Source of the DNA: Welwitschia mirabilis
Lineage: Eukaryota
Length of the DNA: 56,986 nt
Direction: 5' to 3'
Assembly: GCA_051453625.1 (NCBI GenBank)
Contig: JBOZIK010000001.1
Coordinates: forward strand, 20,797,769-20,854,754
Shown in pieces: positions 1 to 13,689 of this stretch. The notes beneath the pieces were generated by a model, which had not been told where the DNA came from, made no database searches, and worked only from the letters and a program-made list of their open reading frames with translations. How positions within the stretch are numbered: position 1 is the first letter of the stretch; every line of letters starts with the position of its first letter. Made by a program: the position numbers and the translations under genes.

Positions 1-1790
1 ATGAATTTAAAACCAAAATAAGCTTTTAATGATCTATGTTTTTTGTGTGTTTCCAACTTATGTAAATGTTCAGTTCTATTTTAATTTTTTATTTCTATTA
101 AAATTTTTATGAAAATTAAAAACATTTAGGTTTATTTTCCTAGGTTGCATTTTTATAAAACACAATTGTTTCAGGTCTTTGAAAAAATTTTCTTAGACCC
201 TATAACTAGAAACGCTTTACACTAACTAAGTAAATCCTTTGTCTTTTTTCTCAACCTTTTTGCTCAACTACACTGGTGCAGGCATCTTTCCTAACTAGTG
301 CCACCGTGTTCTTGCTTCAAGGCCTCTATACCTTGGACATATACATCCTAGGACCTCTTTAATCTATTTTAATTTATAGGCTCCCTCTAAAACCATGAAA
401 AATATAGAAAATGTGAATCTTTGGCCCAAATCATAATGTCTTTTTTTGATCATTTGATAATTATTTGGGTGAATTACATATTTTAAACACCTTTTAATCT
501 AAATCCTATCTATCCTTATAGTTTTTAGAACAATCAACAACCTAAACAAACCATAGAAGACTTTATCTAATGTAGACAAACCTTTAAATAGTTTCCTCAA
601 TCTCATCCATATCATGATTAACCTCCTGATAACTTTGAATTTCAAAATCCTAATGCTAACTTACAAGAGTTTTATTTTACACCTTCCTTTATCCCTTATG
701 ATTCGTACCCTTTACCATGTACTTATATTCATCATACTTTGATCCATACCTATCATCTCACTTCCCATATCCTTTATCCATCAATCAATACCCATAATCT
801 TTATACATCCAATAAACCAATTCACCTTCCTTTAAGGATACTTTTCAAAAATTTCTAGAAGATGATTCTGAATCTTCTTCTAATACACTTTATATCCTTG
901 CTCAATCTTTGGAATAATTCATTACAAAAATCACTAAAATCCTTAAGCAAATTCTTCAACAAATGGCTAAAACTAATGATCAAATCCTTAAAGTTCTTAT
1001 TCAATAAAAAGAAGTGGAAAACCTTCCTACATTCTATTAAACTATAAGCTTGAAAAATTTTAAAGAGAATAATGAAATTAGAATCTATGAGAACAAAACC
1101 ATATCCCTTAGGAATAAAGAAGAAAACCTTGAAGAAGCCCATGATGAAACCAACGATAACATCCAAGAGGAGCTTGAGTTTAGACATGCCTTAAAGGATG
1201 AACAACAAAGTGCTTTTAAATTGTATGTTGGAGTAGAATTATATACATAAGATGATAATGAATCTATATTAAGTAAGCAAACATTTAAATGAGAATGAAA
1301 CTTGAATACTACATAAGAGAGGATGAATCCATAGGTAATATAAGTGAAAAAAATGACATTGACTTCTTTGAACCTTAACCTATGTCGTCTAGGCAATTGT
1401 GCAAGGGAGAATCTTATAAAAACTTTAATGAAATGGAGAATATTAGTCAAGATCCTAATCATAATCTAACCTTTGAGAAATCCTTTTCTCAACAGCATCT
1501 TGAGCCAATTATACCATTTGCATCTTTACCTTATAAGCAAGACTTAAACCTTAATGAGAAAGATAAATCATCTTCACATTTGGAACCATCTTCTAATACT
1601 TATCTTAATAATCATTTTCCTTCTTCCATGGTTTCCAATTTACCATTATCTTTACCTAAAAATAATGTCTTGCTTGAGTTGTTAAGTAAACAAAAACATA
1701 CTAAGAATTAGGAGACTTTTGATTTTTAACAAATTAATTTTACTGCTAGTGTTAATATTCTTTTAATTTTTATAGATTCATTCATAAATG
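1..1790 (+). mobile_element. Partial internal region of a non-autonomous Athila-like LTR element (family A), paralog of 5900-7680
   Basis: Colinear similarity by eye to 5900-7680, e.g. aactaatgatcaaatcctta (~971) vs the same string (~6857), and gaaaccttc(c/t)tacattc. It holds a decayed, stop-rich ORF remnant and ends at an N gap. Confidence 0.75.
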
Positions 1791-1890
1791 NNNNNNNNNN
1801 NNNNNNNNNNNNNNNNNNNNNNNNNNNNNNNNNNNNNNNNNNNNNNNNNNNNNNNNNNNNNNNNNNNNNNNNNNNNNNNNNNNNNNNNNN

Positions 1891-2172
1891 ACTTAAGTAA
1901 CAACAATGAGACATTAGCAGTAATTAAAGCATTCTATAACATGATAGCAGTTTTGATAAAAATAATAACTCTACACATTAACCACCTTTACTCAAAATAA
2001 TTTCAAATTCATATCCATACTCATTGAAATTTTTCAAAACAGGCAATGCATAAGCCAAAGCATAAAATAATATTCATGAAACTATTAGAAATAAAAGAAA
2101 AAATTCAAGATTTTGCATGAATTATTAGCCTTAAAATATTTAATCTTAAGTTTTAAAATTTGGGATGTGACA
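1891..2172 (-). mobile_element. Terminal fragment of a chromovirus (Tekay-like) LTR
   Basis: Ends in tgggatgtgaca, which reads TGTCACATCCCA on the minus strand, a typical Tekay/Del LTR terminus. The rest is lost in the gap. Confidence 0.5.
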
Positions 2173-2671
2173 TCTGTAATCATCAGTATTGCATCCAAAC
2201 CTATAAAAATGTTCTACAAAAGCACTCAAAATACACCATCAAATTCCTATAAATTTGAATCCAAAAATTAAGCCAATACATCTTCTTGATAGATAGGACC
2301 CTGATTTGAAACTCATCATCTCTCTAAAATGCCATCATAACCTTTTATCATATCAAAATATACCACACTTAAATTTCATCCAAAACGTTTTACCGATTTT
2401 TTATTAAAGAAATACTAAAATGATAAAATCATTTAAAACATATCTTAAAAAGACATATCATTATTATATTAAAGCAATAAGAACTAGGTAAAACTATTAC
2501 AAGTGATATAAAATAATCATCATTAATAATATCCTTATAAGAGTATGTAGGAAACTACTATATGGAGATAAAAATACCTACACATATGATAACATTGAAA
2601 CCTACCTAACTACTATGGGTTAAACTCAAAGATACTACTTATCACTTTTTACACAAGGAAAAACTAACATT

Positions 2672-4124
2672 TGTAACACCTTTAATATTAGATTTTATGG
2701 TTATCATCTGGGCCTCATACTGAGAAACTAGTAATCATAAAAACGCATTTTGTTCCTTAAATTTAGCCACTAATAATTCATTAAAAGGTATAGTATTAGG
2801 CTTATAACCCTTTTTTAAAGGATATTTTGGTTATCTTGGTGATGGTAACATAGGCGTATAGAGTTATTAATTTAATTTAAAGATTTCTTGTCAATGCTTA
2901 AACTAAGATAGTAAGTATTCTTAGTGAAAATAGTTAATCTCCTTACTTTGGTTACTTATCAAGATTTGAGAATTAACAAAGCTAGGTAAAACATGATACT
3001 TAAGTCACTTCCTCTTCTTGTTGTCATTTAAGGCTTTTCACTTATCCATAAGAAACTTAATATCTTTTATAACCTAGTATCTCATAAAAATACATAATTT
3101 TAATTAACATTAAAAAATAATAGATATAACCATATGAATGAAAAAAATATGTATTGCATTAGTATTTGGTCGAATCATTAGTCAACCTATAACAAGCAAC
3201 CATACTTATGTATCCTAGTCTAGAGGAACATAAACCACATGTAGTTCTATTCTGAATCTTTTCTATGTTACCATTAATACACATTAGTTCACAATAGGTT
3301 TAGATGATTCATAGTAGTAAGAAATTAAGAAAATAACACATAAATCCATAGAATACATCATATAATATATGTGTCCATGGTGAGAAATATAAAATATAAA
3401 AAATAACCAATAAAATCTCATAAAGCTCTAGTCTAATAATTCATTGGCCACTACAATGTCATTAATCACTAATCTTAGAGGTTAATATGTTAGTAATACC
3501 AAGGCCACCTAGCCAATATCTTGACCACACATGGGTCATGTAAACTAATCTCATACAATACAACTATCAGATATAACCTTTTACTAGAAAATTGCATGAC
3601 TTCTTATTATGAATATTAAATAGGAATATACATCTTCACAATCATATATTATGTATAATTTCCTTTTCTACGAGGCCTTCTCATCACTAGGCAAAAAATG
3701 ACCTCTCAGTCATCTAATAGATCTTTCACTAGTCAAACATTCATAAGAACATGTCATTAATTAATTACATATGCTTTCTTCTTAATAGACTCCATATTAC
3801 TCAAGGTTAATCATGACCTCTAAGCCATTCCATCATAAATTATTCATATATGTCTTTTACAAAGGCTAAGACATATTAAACTTCTTCTTTTACAACATCA
3901 TATAGTAAATATAGAGATAGATAATGTCTATCAGATATAAATATTTAATTTATACATTTGAATGCCATTGAATCAAAAATATAGATTAATTGAAATCTAG
4001 AATAGATGAATGACAACCAATGATGCAAATCATAAGTAAAAATATCTTACAAAAATCTGACTTATCATTATTGGTATGCTTAGAGTATCAATCTCTAATT
4101 AGGTATTAATCCTATATAATAGAC
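2672..4124 (-). mobile_element. Probable decayed Tekay-like LTR fragment, interrupted by element A
   Basis: Begins with tgtaacacc at 2672 (GGTGTTACA on minus). It is non-coding with LTR-like composition. No partner LTR is visible. Confidence 0.3.
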
Positions 4125-5576
4125 TATTTACATGTAAAAGTTAATATTCTAAGAAAGAATAATTAATTAGTTTAGCATAAGAAAAAATATTTAATTCAAT
4201 AACTTATCATAAAATAATGTATTTTACCATTTTATTAGATTTTAATGCAAATATGATATTTCCCCTAGCATTTGCAATTTATTCTTTGGATTTTAGAAAA
4301 CACTACAAAACTTGAAGGAATCCCAGCAAATAACTTGATGCCACTAGCTAGAGCTACTAATGTCATTAGCTTTCTAAGGAAAAATATGATTATATTCAAA
4401 TTCCTACAATAATTTGAGGAGTTCATCATAATTAATGTATGGGCTAAGAAGTAATCCAAAATAAATCTTCAAATCTAACAATACATTATAGAAGTATAAG
4501 ATGATACATCATGATGACATGTCATAGTAATGAGGATGATTAATTTAAAGAAACATGACATGGTATCTATTGGAATCTACATCATCAATTAAAGGAATGT
4601 CATTGCCATGTTTGCATAAGAGTACAAAGAGTCTTTCTTTTTGGCTACATGCTAAGAATTATAACTTCCTCCTTAATAAACTATTTAATGTAACCCATCA
4701 TGTAATTGTCCACCAATCACTCACCTAACATAAACATGATAAAGATCTTCAAGCCTTTTCTTATCTATAAAAGGGCCTTGATCCCTCATTGTAATGGATG
4801 TTTTGGTTAGTTAATATAATAAATAATTAGAACTCTAGGAAATCATGGTATTCTGATCATCTTTCTTAGAGGTAAACTATTCCAAGGCTAGTTGAGGAGC
4901 CCTTCATGTTTACCTCTTTTATTTGATGTCATGTATATTTTCAAATTTTAATACAAGAATTAGTTTTCTTACTTTCATTATTAATGCATAGTTCATTTGG
5001 TATTAGTAATCCTCAGGTAAAGATAGTTATTAAGTAGATTCCATTATTTCATTATTAATGATCATCCATTTGCTATTATCAATCTTAGTATGAACCTATT
5101 TTATTATTAAGTTCTTTTACACCAAGTAAGTTATTTGAGATTACTTCTAACATCTTGTAGTTACTATTGTTTAATGAATCTTGTAAACATTTTTTTCATA
5201 ATTTTTAGGCTCATAAAGGATTATGAAGAACCAATTAGATTAGATAACTAACCAAAACTCATGTGGTGAATGAGATTATGCCTTCATATCAAGACTTAAT
5301 GACTTGATGATTTTAGTTATGTTTTAGGATATAAGAATCAATAGAGAAATGTGGAGTATTAAATAAATTTCTAGACCTTTGAAGCACTTCATTTTCTTAT
5401 GACATCCACTAAAGATCAATTTTATCTCAAACTATGATTTCTACTTTTATTTGACTTTTCATTATAAGTTAGAATAATTGTGTTACACTTGACTAGGTTA
5501 CTACATATATCTCCATGAAAGAACGATACTATGTTATTACCTAGTTAATTTAGTTCAATGCTATACATGCATACGA
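4125..5576 (+). repeat. 5' LTR of element A
   Basis: The start tatttacatgtaaaagttaatatt aligns with the 3' LTR start tgtttttgcatgtaaaaattaacatt. TATA at ~4767. Followed directly by the PBS. Confidence 0.7.
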
Positions 5577-5577
5577 T

Positions 5578-5598
5578 TTTAACATTATTACTAGGAAT
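5578..5598 (+). promoter_or_regulatory. Degenerate tRNA-Asp primer-binding site of element A
   Basis: tttaacattattactaggaa aligns to TTTGGCGCCGTTGCCGGGGA with every mismatch a G>A or C>T transition, in the expected position after the LTR. Confidence 0.6.
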
Positions 5599-7981
5599 AT
5601 TAACATAGTAGCTTTTCAAGAGTGCATGATTTTCTTCTTGTAATTTTTTTAGTTAGTCTTCATTTTTCAAATGGTGGGTACTCATTCTTTTTCTATGATA
5701 CCTGAACTAGTCCATTTCTCTTTTATTTCTGTGCCTTCTTTTACTTCCAATGATGAACACTAGTTATTTTATAGTAAAACCCAAACTAATTTAAAATGTT
5801 GAGTTTNNNNNNNNNNGTACTAGTTGAAATTTTATTTTTTACATCTAATATTTCATGTTATAGGTCTAATGACGTTTTTACAAGTGTAACAAAACCCAAG
5901 ATTGTGAATTAGAAAAAAATAAACTTTAATAATTTGTTTTGTGTGTTTTATATTTTTATGTTTTCTGTAAATTTTTATAAATTTTTAAATTATTTTATTT
6001 TTATTTATCTTTAAAAAATTAAAAATGTATAGGGTTATTTTCTAAGATTTTTTTGTGATAATTTGTTCATTTTTATTAATTGTTTTTATTCTTTTCTCCA
6101 TTTATTTTTTATACCCTATAATGTGAATCATTTTATACAGTTAAGTACTTGTTGTATCTCTTCTTTTTACCCATTTCCCAAAAAAGAAAATAGCATTTCT
6201 AGGTTTTTCATGAGTTTTTCTAACTCAAATTTTGCATTTAACTCTCTCAAAATTTTAAAAACCTTTATAATATTAGGACTTCTATGAAAATTCAAAATGT
6301 TAGGAAAACATGACCATTTATTAAATGTTTTAGACCATTTTTTGAAAGTTCAACATGAGTTGGGCATTTAATTCATTTTAAATACCTTTTGAACTACAAA
6401 CTATATATCCCTATAGTTTTCAAAGCCTAAATTAATTGTAGGAGACTTCATTTAATCTAAACAAGCTCTAGAAAACTAACTCTAAGGTAATTCATACCAT
6501 TCACAATCACAAAATATTTTTGATACTAAACAAGCCTTTGGAAAGTATCTCTAACCTCATCCATACATAGATCAACATCTTTATAATGTTGAATTTTAAA
6601 ATCCATTTATTGAATAATAGAATTTTAGTCCCATGCCTTGCATCATACATTAGAATTCTTATTATTTATTTTCATTTTCATATTAATACCCATCAACTTC
6701 CTACACTCAACAAACCACCTTACCTTTCTTTAGAGATACCTTTCAAATATTTTAAGAAGATGCTTTCAACATGCTTTGATTCCCTTTACAATATTTGAAA
6801 AAAACCACTAATAAAACTAAGGAAAATATTGAATAAATCCTTCAACAAATAGTCCAAACTAATGATCAAATCCTTAGGAATATTAACAAATAACAAAAAG
6901 AAGGAAACCTTTCTACATTCCATGAACCTAAGAGCCTTGCAAACTTTAAAGGAATTAATGAGACTAAAATCAATAAGACCCAAATCATATCCATTAGAAA
7001 TGAGGAGTAAACCCAAAAAGAGTTCCATGAAAAAGCCTATAAAAAGAGACAAAAATACTTTAAGTTTAGAAATCCCTTAGAGAGTGAACAATAATGTTCA
7101 AATAGGCTATGCTTTAAAGTAGGATTAAATACATCTCATGATGATCAATCAATAGAGATTAAGTAACTATTTAAGAAAGATGATAAATTAGAGAGCTACA
7201 CAATAAAAGATGAATTAATAAGTGACATTAACAAAATAGACAATATTTAAAATGAATCTATCTTTAAATCACAACCATTCTCACTTGAGTAGCCACTAGA
7301 GAAAGAATATCCTAGCAACCCTACTAAAGAAAAGAACATTAGCTAAGAGACTGTTCATAATCCATCCTTTGAAAAATCTTATCTTTTTCTTAAGAAAAGC
7401 TAATCATGTCACTATATTCTAAGTAAGGATTAAATGCCAATGATGAAAATAAACCTTCTATACATTTTAAATAATTTTTTAATACTTTTTTTTAATGATC
7501 ATTCATGTTCCCCAATAGTTTTAAATTCATTTTTATCTTCACCCCAAAATTATTTCTTGCATGCATTGTTAAACAAATAAAAACAGGCTAAATTATAGAT
7601 AATTTTTTATTTAGAACACATTAATTTTATTACTAGTGTTAATATTCTTTTAATTTTTATAGATTCATTCATAAATGTTTATAGGAATTTGTTCTCTTGT
7701 TTAAATGCTCTACATAATTTTGATTCATCATTTAACTTTGGCATTCCTCATTTTGAACTTTCATGCATGCAATAACTTGTGAAAGGTCTTGAAAATTTTT
7801 TATCTTCCTTGTGTGATTTTAAAGTAGGACTTTCTTTTAAAATAAATCTTTATTTTAGAATAAATTTTTCTTTTATAATAGATTTTTTTAAAAGTTAAAA
7901 AGGTTAAAAAATTTTCTGCTTTATGTCATTTCATGCCTCAAACAGCCCAAGCACTTTCATTTGTATAATCATAGACTTAAA

Positions 7982-8026
7982 CAAACATTTTCATGTATGA
8001 ATTCAAACATTTTCATGTATGAATTC
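7982..8026. repeat. Perfect 22-bp tandem duplication
   Basis: caaacattttcatgtatgaatt occurs twice in tandem. Confidence 0.9.
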
Positions 8027-9341
8027 CAAAATATCATTCACTTCACTAAATAAATCATCATCGCCTTAAAATCCACTTCTCATCCGTTTCATTTCATTTC
8101 ACCTAATAAATTTTAGAGATCACCCTCCCTTTACATCCATATATAGGTTTGTAAGATTAGATGATTTTAGTTAATGGCCCTTTATTAGAATAGACCATTA
8201 ATAAGTAACTGCTTTATCATTTCAAACTAGGTAGAATTTAAGATTACCTATAGTTTTTCAAGAAAATATTTTTAATTATTTTTGAATTAACTTATTAAGA
8301 TTTAGTTTTACTTAAGGTATCCTAAATGTAATGAATTAAGATGGAGTCTACTTTTCATCCTAAGTAAATTATTTTTTGAAGCATTTTATGGGGAGTAGAA
8401 TTATCTTGATTAGGATAATTAGCCAATGATCCCTTTATGTGTACAAAAATGTATTAGCTATGAGAAGAATGATTAAAAATAAAATAAAAATGTCTCCTAT
8501 CCAAAAGCACATTATTTAGTGATTATTAAAAATTAAGTTTAGTTAACTGCATCGGGGCTATGGATGCTCATGGGTAATGTGGCTCTAACAATTTAATTTA
8601 TGACATGTTCAACTACAAGTGTGGCTATAAATGCTTGACAGAAATGTAGAACTAATTCCTTCATTATCCATATGCTTAACTCTGTTGGAAGAGATGTATA
8701 ACATCAATACACAATTAGATCATAATACTTAAAAAAAGCATGATTGTAGAAAAAGATAAATTAGAATGAAAAAGGTGGAATTGGAAGATGCTTTTTGTGA
8801 TTAATTCCTTTAACCTATGTACTATAGAATTTGCTTAACTAATTTTTTATTACTTGTAGGTTTACTTAAAGTATATCTTATTTGTTTGATATTGTGATAC
8901 GTTTAAATTTCAAATAAAATTTGAGAAATTTTCAGTAAATGTGGTCATTAACTAAGTTATTCTATCTTTTGAAATTTATGAATTGATGAATTTCCATTAG
9001 CTTTCTAGTTTTGTTCTCTTATAGATTATAATGTGGTTTTTCCTAAATGCATTCTTCATTATCATGCACTAGCCTTTTGTAAAATAACTTATTCTCAAAA
9101 GCCTTATAAAATCTTCTATCTTTTAACTTTGAGGATAAAGTTTAATTTTGGTTAGGTAGTATGACATTCCATTTTACTGAATTTTTTTATTTTAATGCCT
9201 AATTTTTAAAAAAATTGATCAAAAATTTTTTAAAATATCATATCATTCCCTTACTTACCATTTTTGCTTAATCAGTTTTTTTATGTCACCATTTCTTCAT
9301 CATCTTTTTGCTAAGAGACTAGCAAAAGAATGGGTAGGAGG

Positions 9342-10607
9342 TGTTTTTGCATGTAAAAATTAACATTATATGCAAGTTTAAATGATTAATTAACATAGGG
9401 AGAAACATTAAAATGCATTATTTTATCACATATTAATCTTTTATGTTGTCTTTAATGTTTTTCATCATATTATGAACTTTCCCCTTAATGTGAGCAGTTT
9501 TGTTGCTAGCTTTTATAAAACTTTACAGAATCTTACAATAATCTCACAAACAATGCTAGTGTCATTGTCCATAACTACTCACATCATTGGCCTTTTGAGT
9601 TATAATGCTTTAAATCTTACATTCCTACATTAATTGGGAAATTATATTATAATTAACTTACGAACTAAGTCAGAAATAAATTAGAGTTAACAACAACACA
9701 TAGTAAAAGTACAAATTGACACATTACAGCAACATGTGACAAAACGAAGATGATTGAGATAAAGATACATGACATGGCATCCATTGGAAGCATCATCAGT
9801 AGTTAAAAAACATGTTATCAGCATGTTTACACTTGAAGATAAAGGAATCCTCTTTTTGGCTACATGCTAAACATATTTATAACTCCCTTCCTATGTAACT
9901 ATCCTTAAGTAACCTCCATTATGTAATTGGTAGATCACTCAATCATGATGTAACTCTCTGAGCCTTCCCTCATCTATAAAAAGGTCTTGAATCCTCACTT
10001 ATAAGAATCTTTTGGTCAGCTTAACTTGGGAAATACCTAGAGGCTAGGACATTTTGGTGCTCTAATACTCTTTCTTAGGGGGGACTGATTCAAGGCTAGT
10101 TGAGGAGTTCTTCTTTTTCACCTCCTCCATTTAATGTAATGTATACTTTATTTCAAATTTTAATATAGAACTAGTTTTAACCCTTCATTATTATTATGCA
10201 ATTTATTTGGCATTAACAATATTTAAGTAGGACTAGTTCTAGAATTATTTTAAAGCCTTTCATTGTTATTGTACATTAATTTGGCATTGGAAATACTTAG
10301 TTAATACTAGTTTTAAGTGTATTTTATTCTTTTATTATTATTACACAATTATTTGGCATTAGCAATTTTTAGGTGAAGCTCACTTGATCTTCAAGTTTTA
10401 GGATATAAAAATCATTAGAGCAAAGGAGGAGAGTTGGATGAATTGCTAGATTCTTGGAGCATTTCTATTTTCTTACATCTTCTACCAAATGTCACTTGTT
10501 TATCAACTTTAGATTCTTCTTTTATTAGAGTTTTCATTATGAGTTGTAATTCATCTTATATCTTTTAATTAAATTTATCACATATATCCCTATCGAAGAA
10601 CGATTTT
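9342..10607 (+). repeat. 3' LTR of element A (truncated)
   Basis: TG start follows the PPT gagactagcaaaagaatgggtaggag. Similarity to the 5' LTR stops after aagaacgat (~10605). Confidence 0.7.
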
Positions 10608-12218
10608 GATTGTAAACTCAGATAAATCTGAATCACTAAAAAGCTATGATCAATAGATAATGATTGAAGTTATATCAATCACTTGATGATTGTTATTATA
10701 CTATGGTTATGATTGAAGTAATTGACTTAGATGATCCTCTTACCCAAGGGGATGTCTTTTCTTTATCATTATCTAAGTATCTTCTTAGCCAAATTCGTTG
10801 GTTAAATTATCTTAATATTAAATCATCTACTAAAGTGGTTTTTTATTAGATTTTATATAAGTTTTCATAAAAGTAATTCTTTACTTTGGGTGTTTAGAAT
10901 AATAAAGATTGGATTTCAGCGAATCTAAGACATTCTGATGTCTATGAACTTCAATTTCTATGATAATTTTTATCTAAGTATTAGCTGTATCAAGTCAGAT
11001 GCTAAACTGTAACTTTATACTTAGTTAATTTATTATTTCAATGATCCATCAATGTTTCAAAAAGGAAACCATAGCTAATCTTATAGAGGTAAAAAACCCA
11101 AAAAAAAAGAGAAGGGCTTGGGATAAAATAAAATTTTCAAATAAATTCTATGATGTCCCACCACAAGCATATTAGGGTAAATGTTCTTAAAAGAACCTTT
11201 AGCAATATGATATGGTAGCTATAATAACTCCATCAATGAGTTAATTGGCCATGATCTAATTTCAACTTGTAAGTTCTTACTTTTATGGTAGCGGCTGCAC
11301 TCCTCTCATCATGATGAATGGTATTATGTAATGCCTTATTAACTTAATTTCCACAACTCCGAAGCCACAACTCTATGAGCATGATAGAACATATTGATTA
11401 GTGGATGATATATTAGTAAGGTTTCATTATTTCTTTAAAAAATAATTGGATTGATTTTAGTCTTGATGTTACAATAATACTTTACATAATAATTAGTTGA
11501 TATTTCTAAAATTATTTTTTTAGCACATGAAGCTTATTATATTTTAGTAGTTAATCATGCATCTTTACTACCAAGTAGTTCTACGATGAATACCATTGAG
11601 TCTAAGTGAGGTTAGTATTTAGAGAAAACTAGTTAATCTTCTTCATATAGCTTTATGTCTAATTGTATTTTCATCTTTTTAAGTGTTTTTAATTACATGT
11701 ATCAAAGTCATTTTTTGCATCTTACTCTTATCTTAATAGGATGTACAAATTTTTAGCTTATCTTTATCTCTAGTTCTTTGACCTTGTCCTAACCATACTC
11801 TTGCTTTCATCATTGATTGTCAATTTTATCTCCATCTTAATTTTTACCTTATTCAATGTGATCACATTACTTTTTTTTAAATTTTTTAACTATGTTTTTT
11901 TGCTTTGTTTTCCTACTTATTTTATATTCCTTAATACTTTAACTTGTTTCTTTTAATTGTGACATGTAAACTTAATTAAAGTTCTAGACAAATTTCTTTA
12001 CTTCATTAGGGAAGAATTTGTAGAAAGCATAGATCTGAATTTAATACATATCTTTCTTATGATGTTTAATTGGAATATCTTTTTGATATGCACTCTACAT
12101 TTGATAATGTAAGATCCCTTATGATTAATTATTATGTTTCATCCTTTTTTCAATTTGATTTGCTTCTCTTCTTTTCCACTTTCTTTGTCAAGGACTGAGA
12201 ACACTTAGTAGAGGGCTA

Positions 12219-13687
12219 TGTTGTGAGTCAAATTGGAAGAATTTAACATCATGTTTAGAGTATGTTTTAGTTCTATTTGAGCAGGTTTTTGATCAATTGA
12301 AAATAAAGGTGAACTAGCGATTATGATGAATGGAACAGATAGTTTTCCAACATTTATAACCATTTATGGACAATTTTCAAAACATGTTCCATTCAAGATA
12401 GAGTTCTAACATCCAGATGATGAGATAACAATGGAATCTCATGTTATTGAAATGTTTCAACTATTATTGCAATGCTCGATAGGGGTCAATATGATCAATT
12501 TGGATGCTCATGGAGTTGTTTCTAATGCTTTAGTACTTGAGAAGTCAATCTTAAACTAAGGCATAATGACTAGATATAATTTGGATGAGAAAAGCATATC
12601 ATTTAGAGCAAGTTACTATAGTAACATTATTGTAGCAAGGTTACCATAGCAAGTATTATAGTAGTTACTGTAGTTGCTATTAACCTATTCATCTAACCCC
12701 AACCAAGATAACAAGTACTATAGCAAAGTACTATAGTAGGTTACTATAGGAGGTCACTATAGTAGTTACTATAACAGTTACTATAGTTTTCATCCACCTA
12801 GTTGTTCAGACGACATTCAAAGGATGACACTTAAGATAACACTAGGTAGACGACGCTTATTGTTTACACTATGAAGGCACATAAAGGACAAAAAGCCGTT
12901 AAAAAAGAAGATCAAATGACATTCATCCTGTCGTCCAGATGACACCCAAGTGGATAATAGATCTAATAAACATAAAGCATACTCCATTCATTATGAAATT
13001 ATTTATATGATTACTCTTTATTCGTTATTACTCTTTGGCTATTTTAACTGTCATACTTAAAGCTATAAATACCCTTCTTAGATCCCTTATTTATCATCTT
13101 AATTGCATCGATTATTCTTATAATGATTTAAAGATCGATTAAGCAAAGGATCTATCCTAGATAGAGAAGGGCATCTTTTGGTGTTAGGTTGTATCTCCTT
13201 CATTGAGAAGATTTTTCTTTATAAGAGGATATAAACATTTTGATTAATAAGATATTGATTTAATTGTTCTTTCAAAGTGCTTTCTTTGTATCTTTCTTAT
13301 AGGTTATGTTAATTATAATTAAGTGATAGGTATTTGTGATTAATATAAATTATAAGAACTAAGCTAAGTGATAATAGATTAGTTGAATGGTTAAATATTG
13401 AATTTAGGTTGTATTCATTTTATTTACATCTCTTCTACATTGTCTTTTCATCTTTGTATTCATCTTGTATTACTTTTTTCTTTCCTTAATTAGGAAATAA
13501 CAAAAAAGATCTTCTTAAAGTAATCTTCTAACTTTTCACCTAGAATTCCTCTCTAGAGTACAACATTTGAGTTAAATTCTATGTGCTAATATGTTTTGTA
13601 TAAGTTTTATTGAAATTTTTAGTATCAAAGCTAAAGGATTCATTGGAAGAAAATACCAGATTGATCACACATTTACACATTCCAACA
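12219..13687 (+). repeat. 3' LTR of element C
   Basis: TGTTG...CAACA termini, preceded by a PPT, with TATA box ctataaata at ~13063. Confidence 0.7.
12606..12788. repeat. Cluster of short palindromic units (TACTATAGTA / TACTGTAGCA) in the U3 of LTR C
   Basis: About a dozen degenerate copies such as gttactatagtaac, tactatagca, tactatagta and tactgtagtt, in two sub-clusters. Confidence 0.85.
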
Positions 13688-13689
13688 AA

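Larger units (their letters stand above)
4125..10607 (+). mobile_element. Element A: old non-autonomous (LARD-like) Athila-type LTR retrotransposon, 3' LTR truncated
   Basis: Two diverged LTRs (about 4125-5576 and 9342-10607) share catgacatgg, tttttggctacatgctaa, atctataaaa, caaggctagttgaggag and aagaacgat in the same order. A decayed tRNA-Asp PBS lies at 5578-5598 and an Athila-style PPT at 9315-9341. No RT/RH/INT motif was found in the 3.7 kb interior. Confidence 0.75.
10608..13687 (+). mobile_element. Element C: 5'-truncated relative of element B (3' internal region plus 3' LTR)
   Basis: Colinear with B 21480-24363: attatctaagt..cttagcc..ttggttaaat; the antisense-ORF block at 11140-11330; the PPT/LTR junction tttgtcaaggactgagaacacttagtagagggcta|tgttg vs B tttatcagggactgacaaggctaagtgggggacta|tgttg; ccttcattgagaa; and the end cacattccaaca vs cacttcaaca. 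Confidence 0.75.

Noticed and set aside
855..1711. Cluster of 60-125 aa ORFs as host genes
   Set aside because: They are fragments of the decayed interior of family A, and stops are not shared with the paralog at 6580-7600.
13620..13631. tagtatcaaagc resembling a tRNA-iMet PBS (TGGTATCAGAGC)
   Set aside because: It aligns with tagaccaaggc inside the B LTR, and LTR C continues to ...ttccaaca at 13687, so it is internal LTR sequence.
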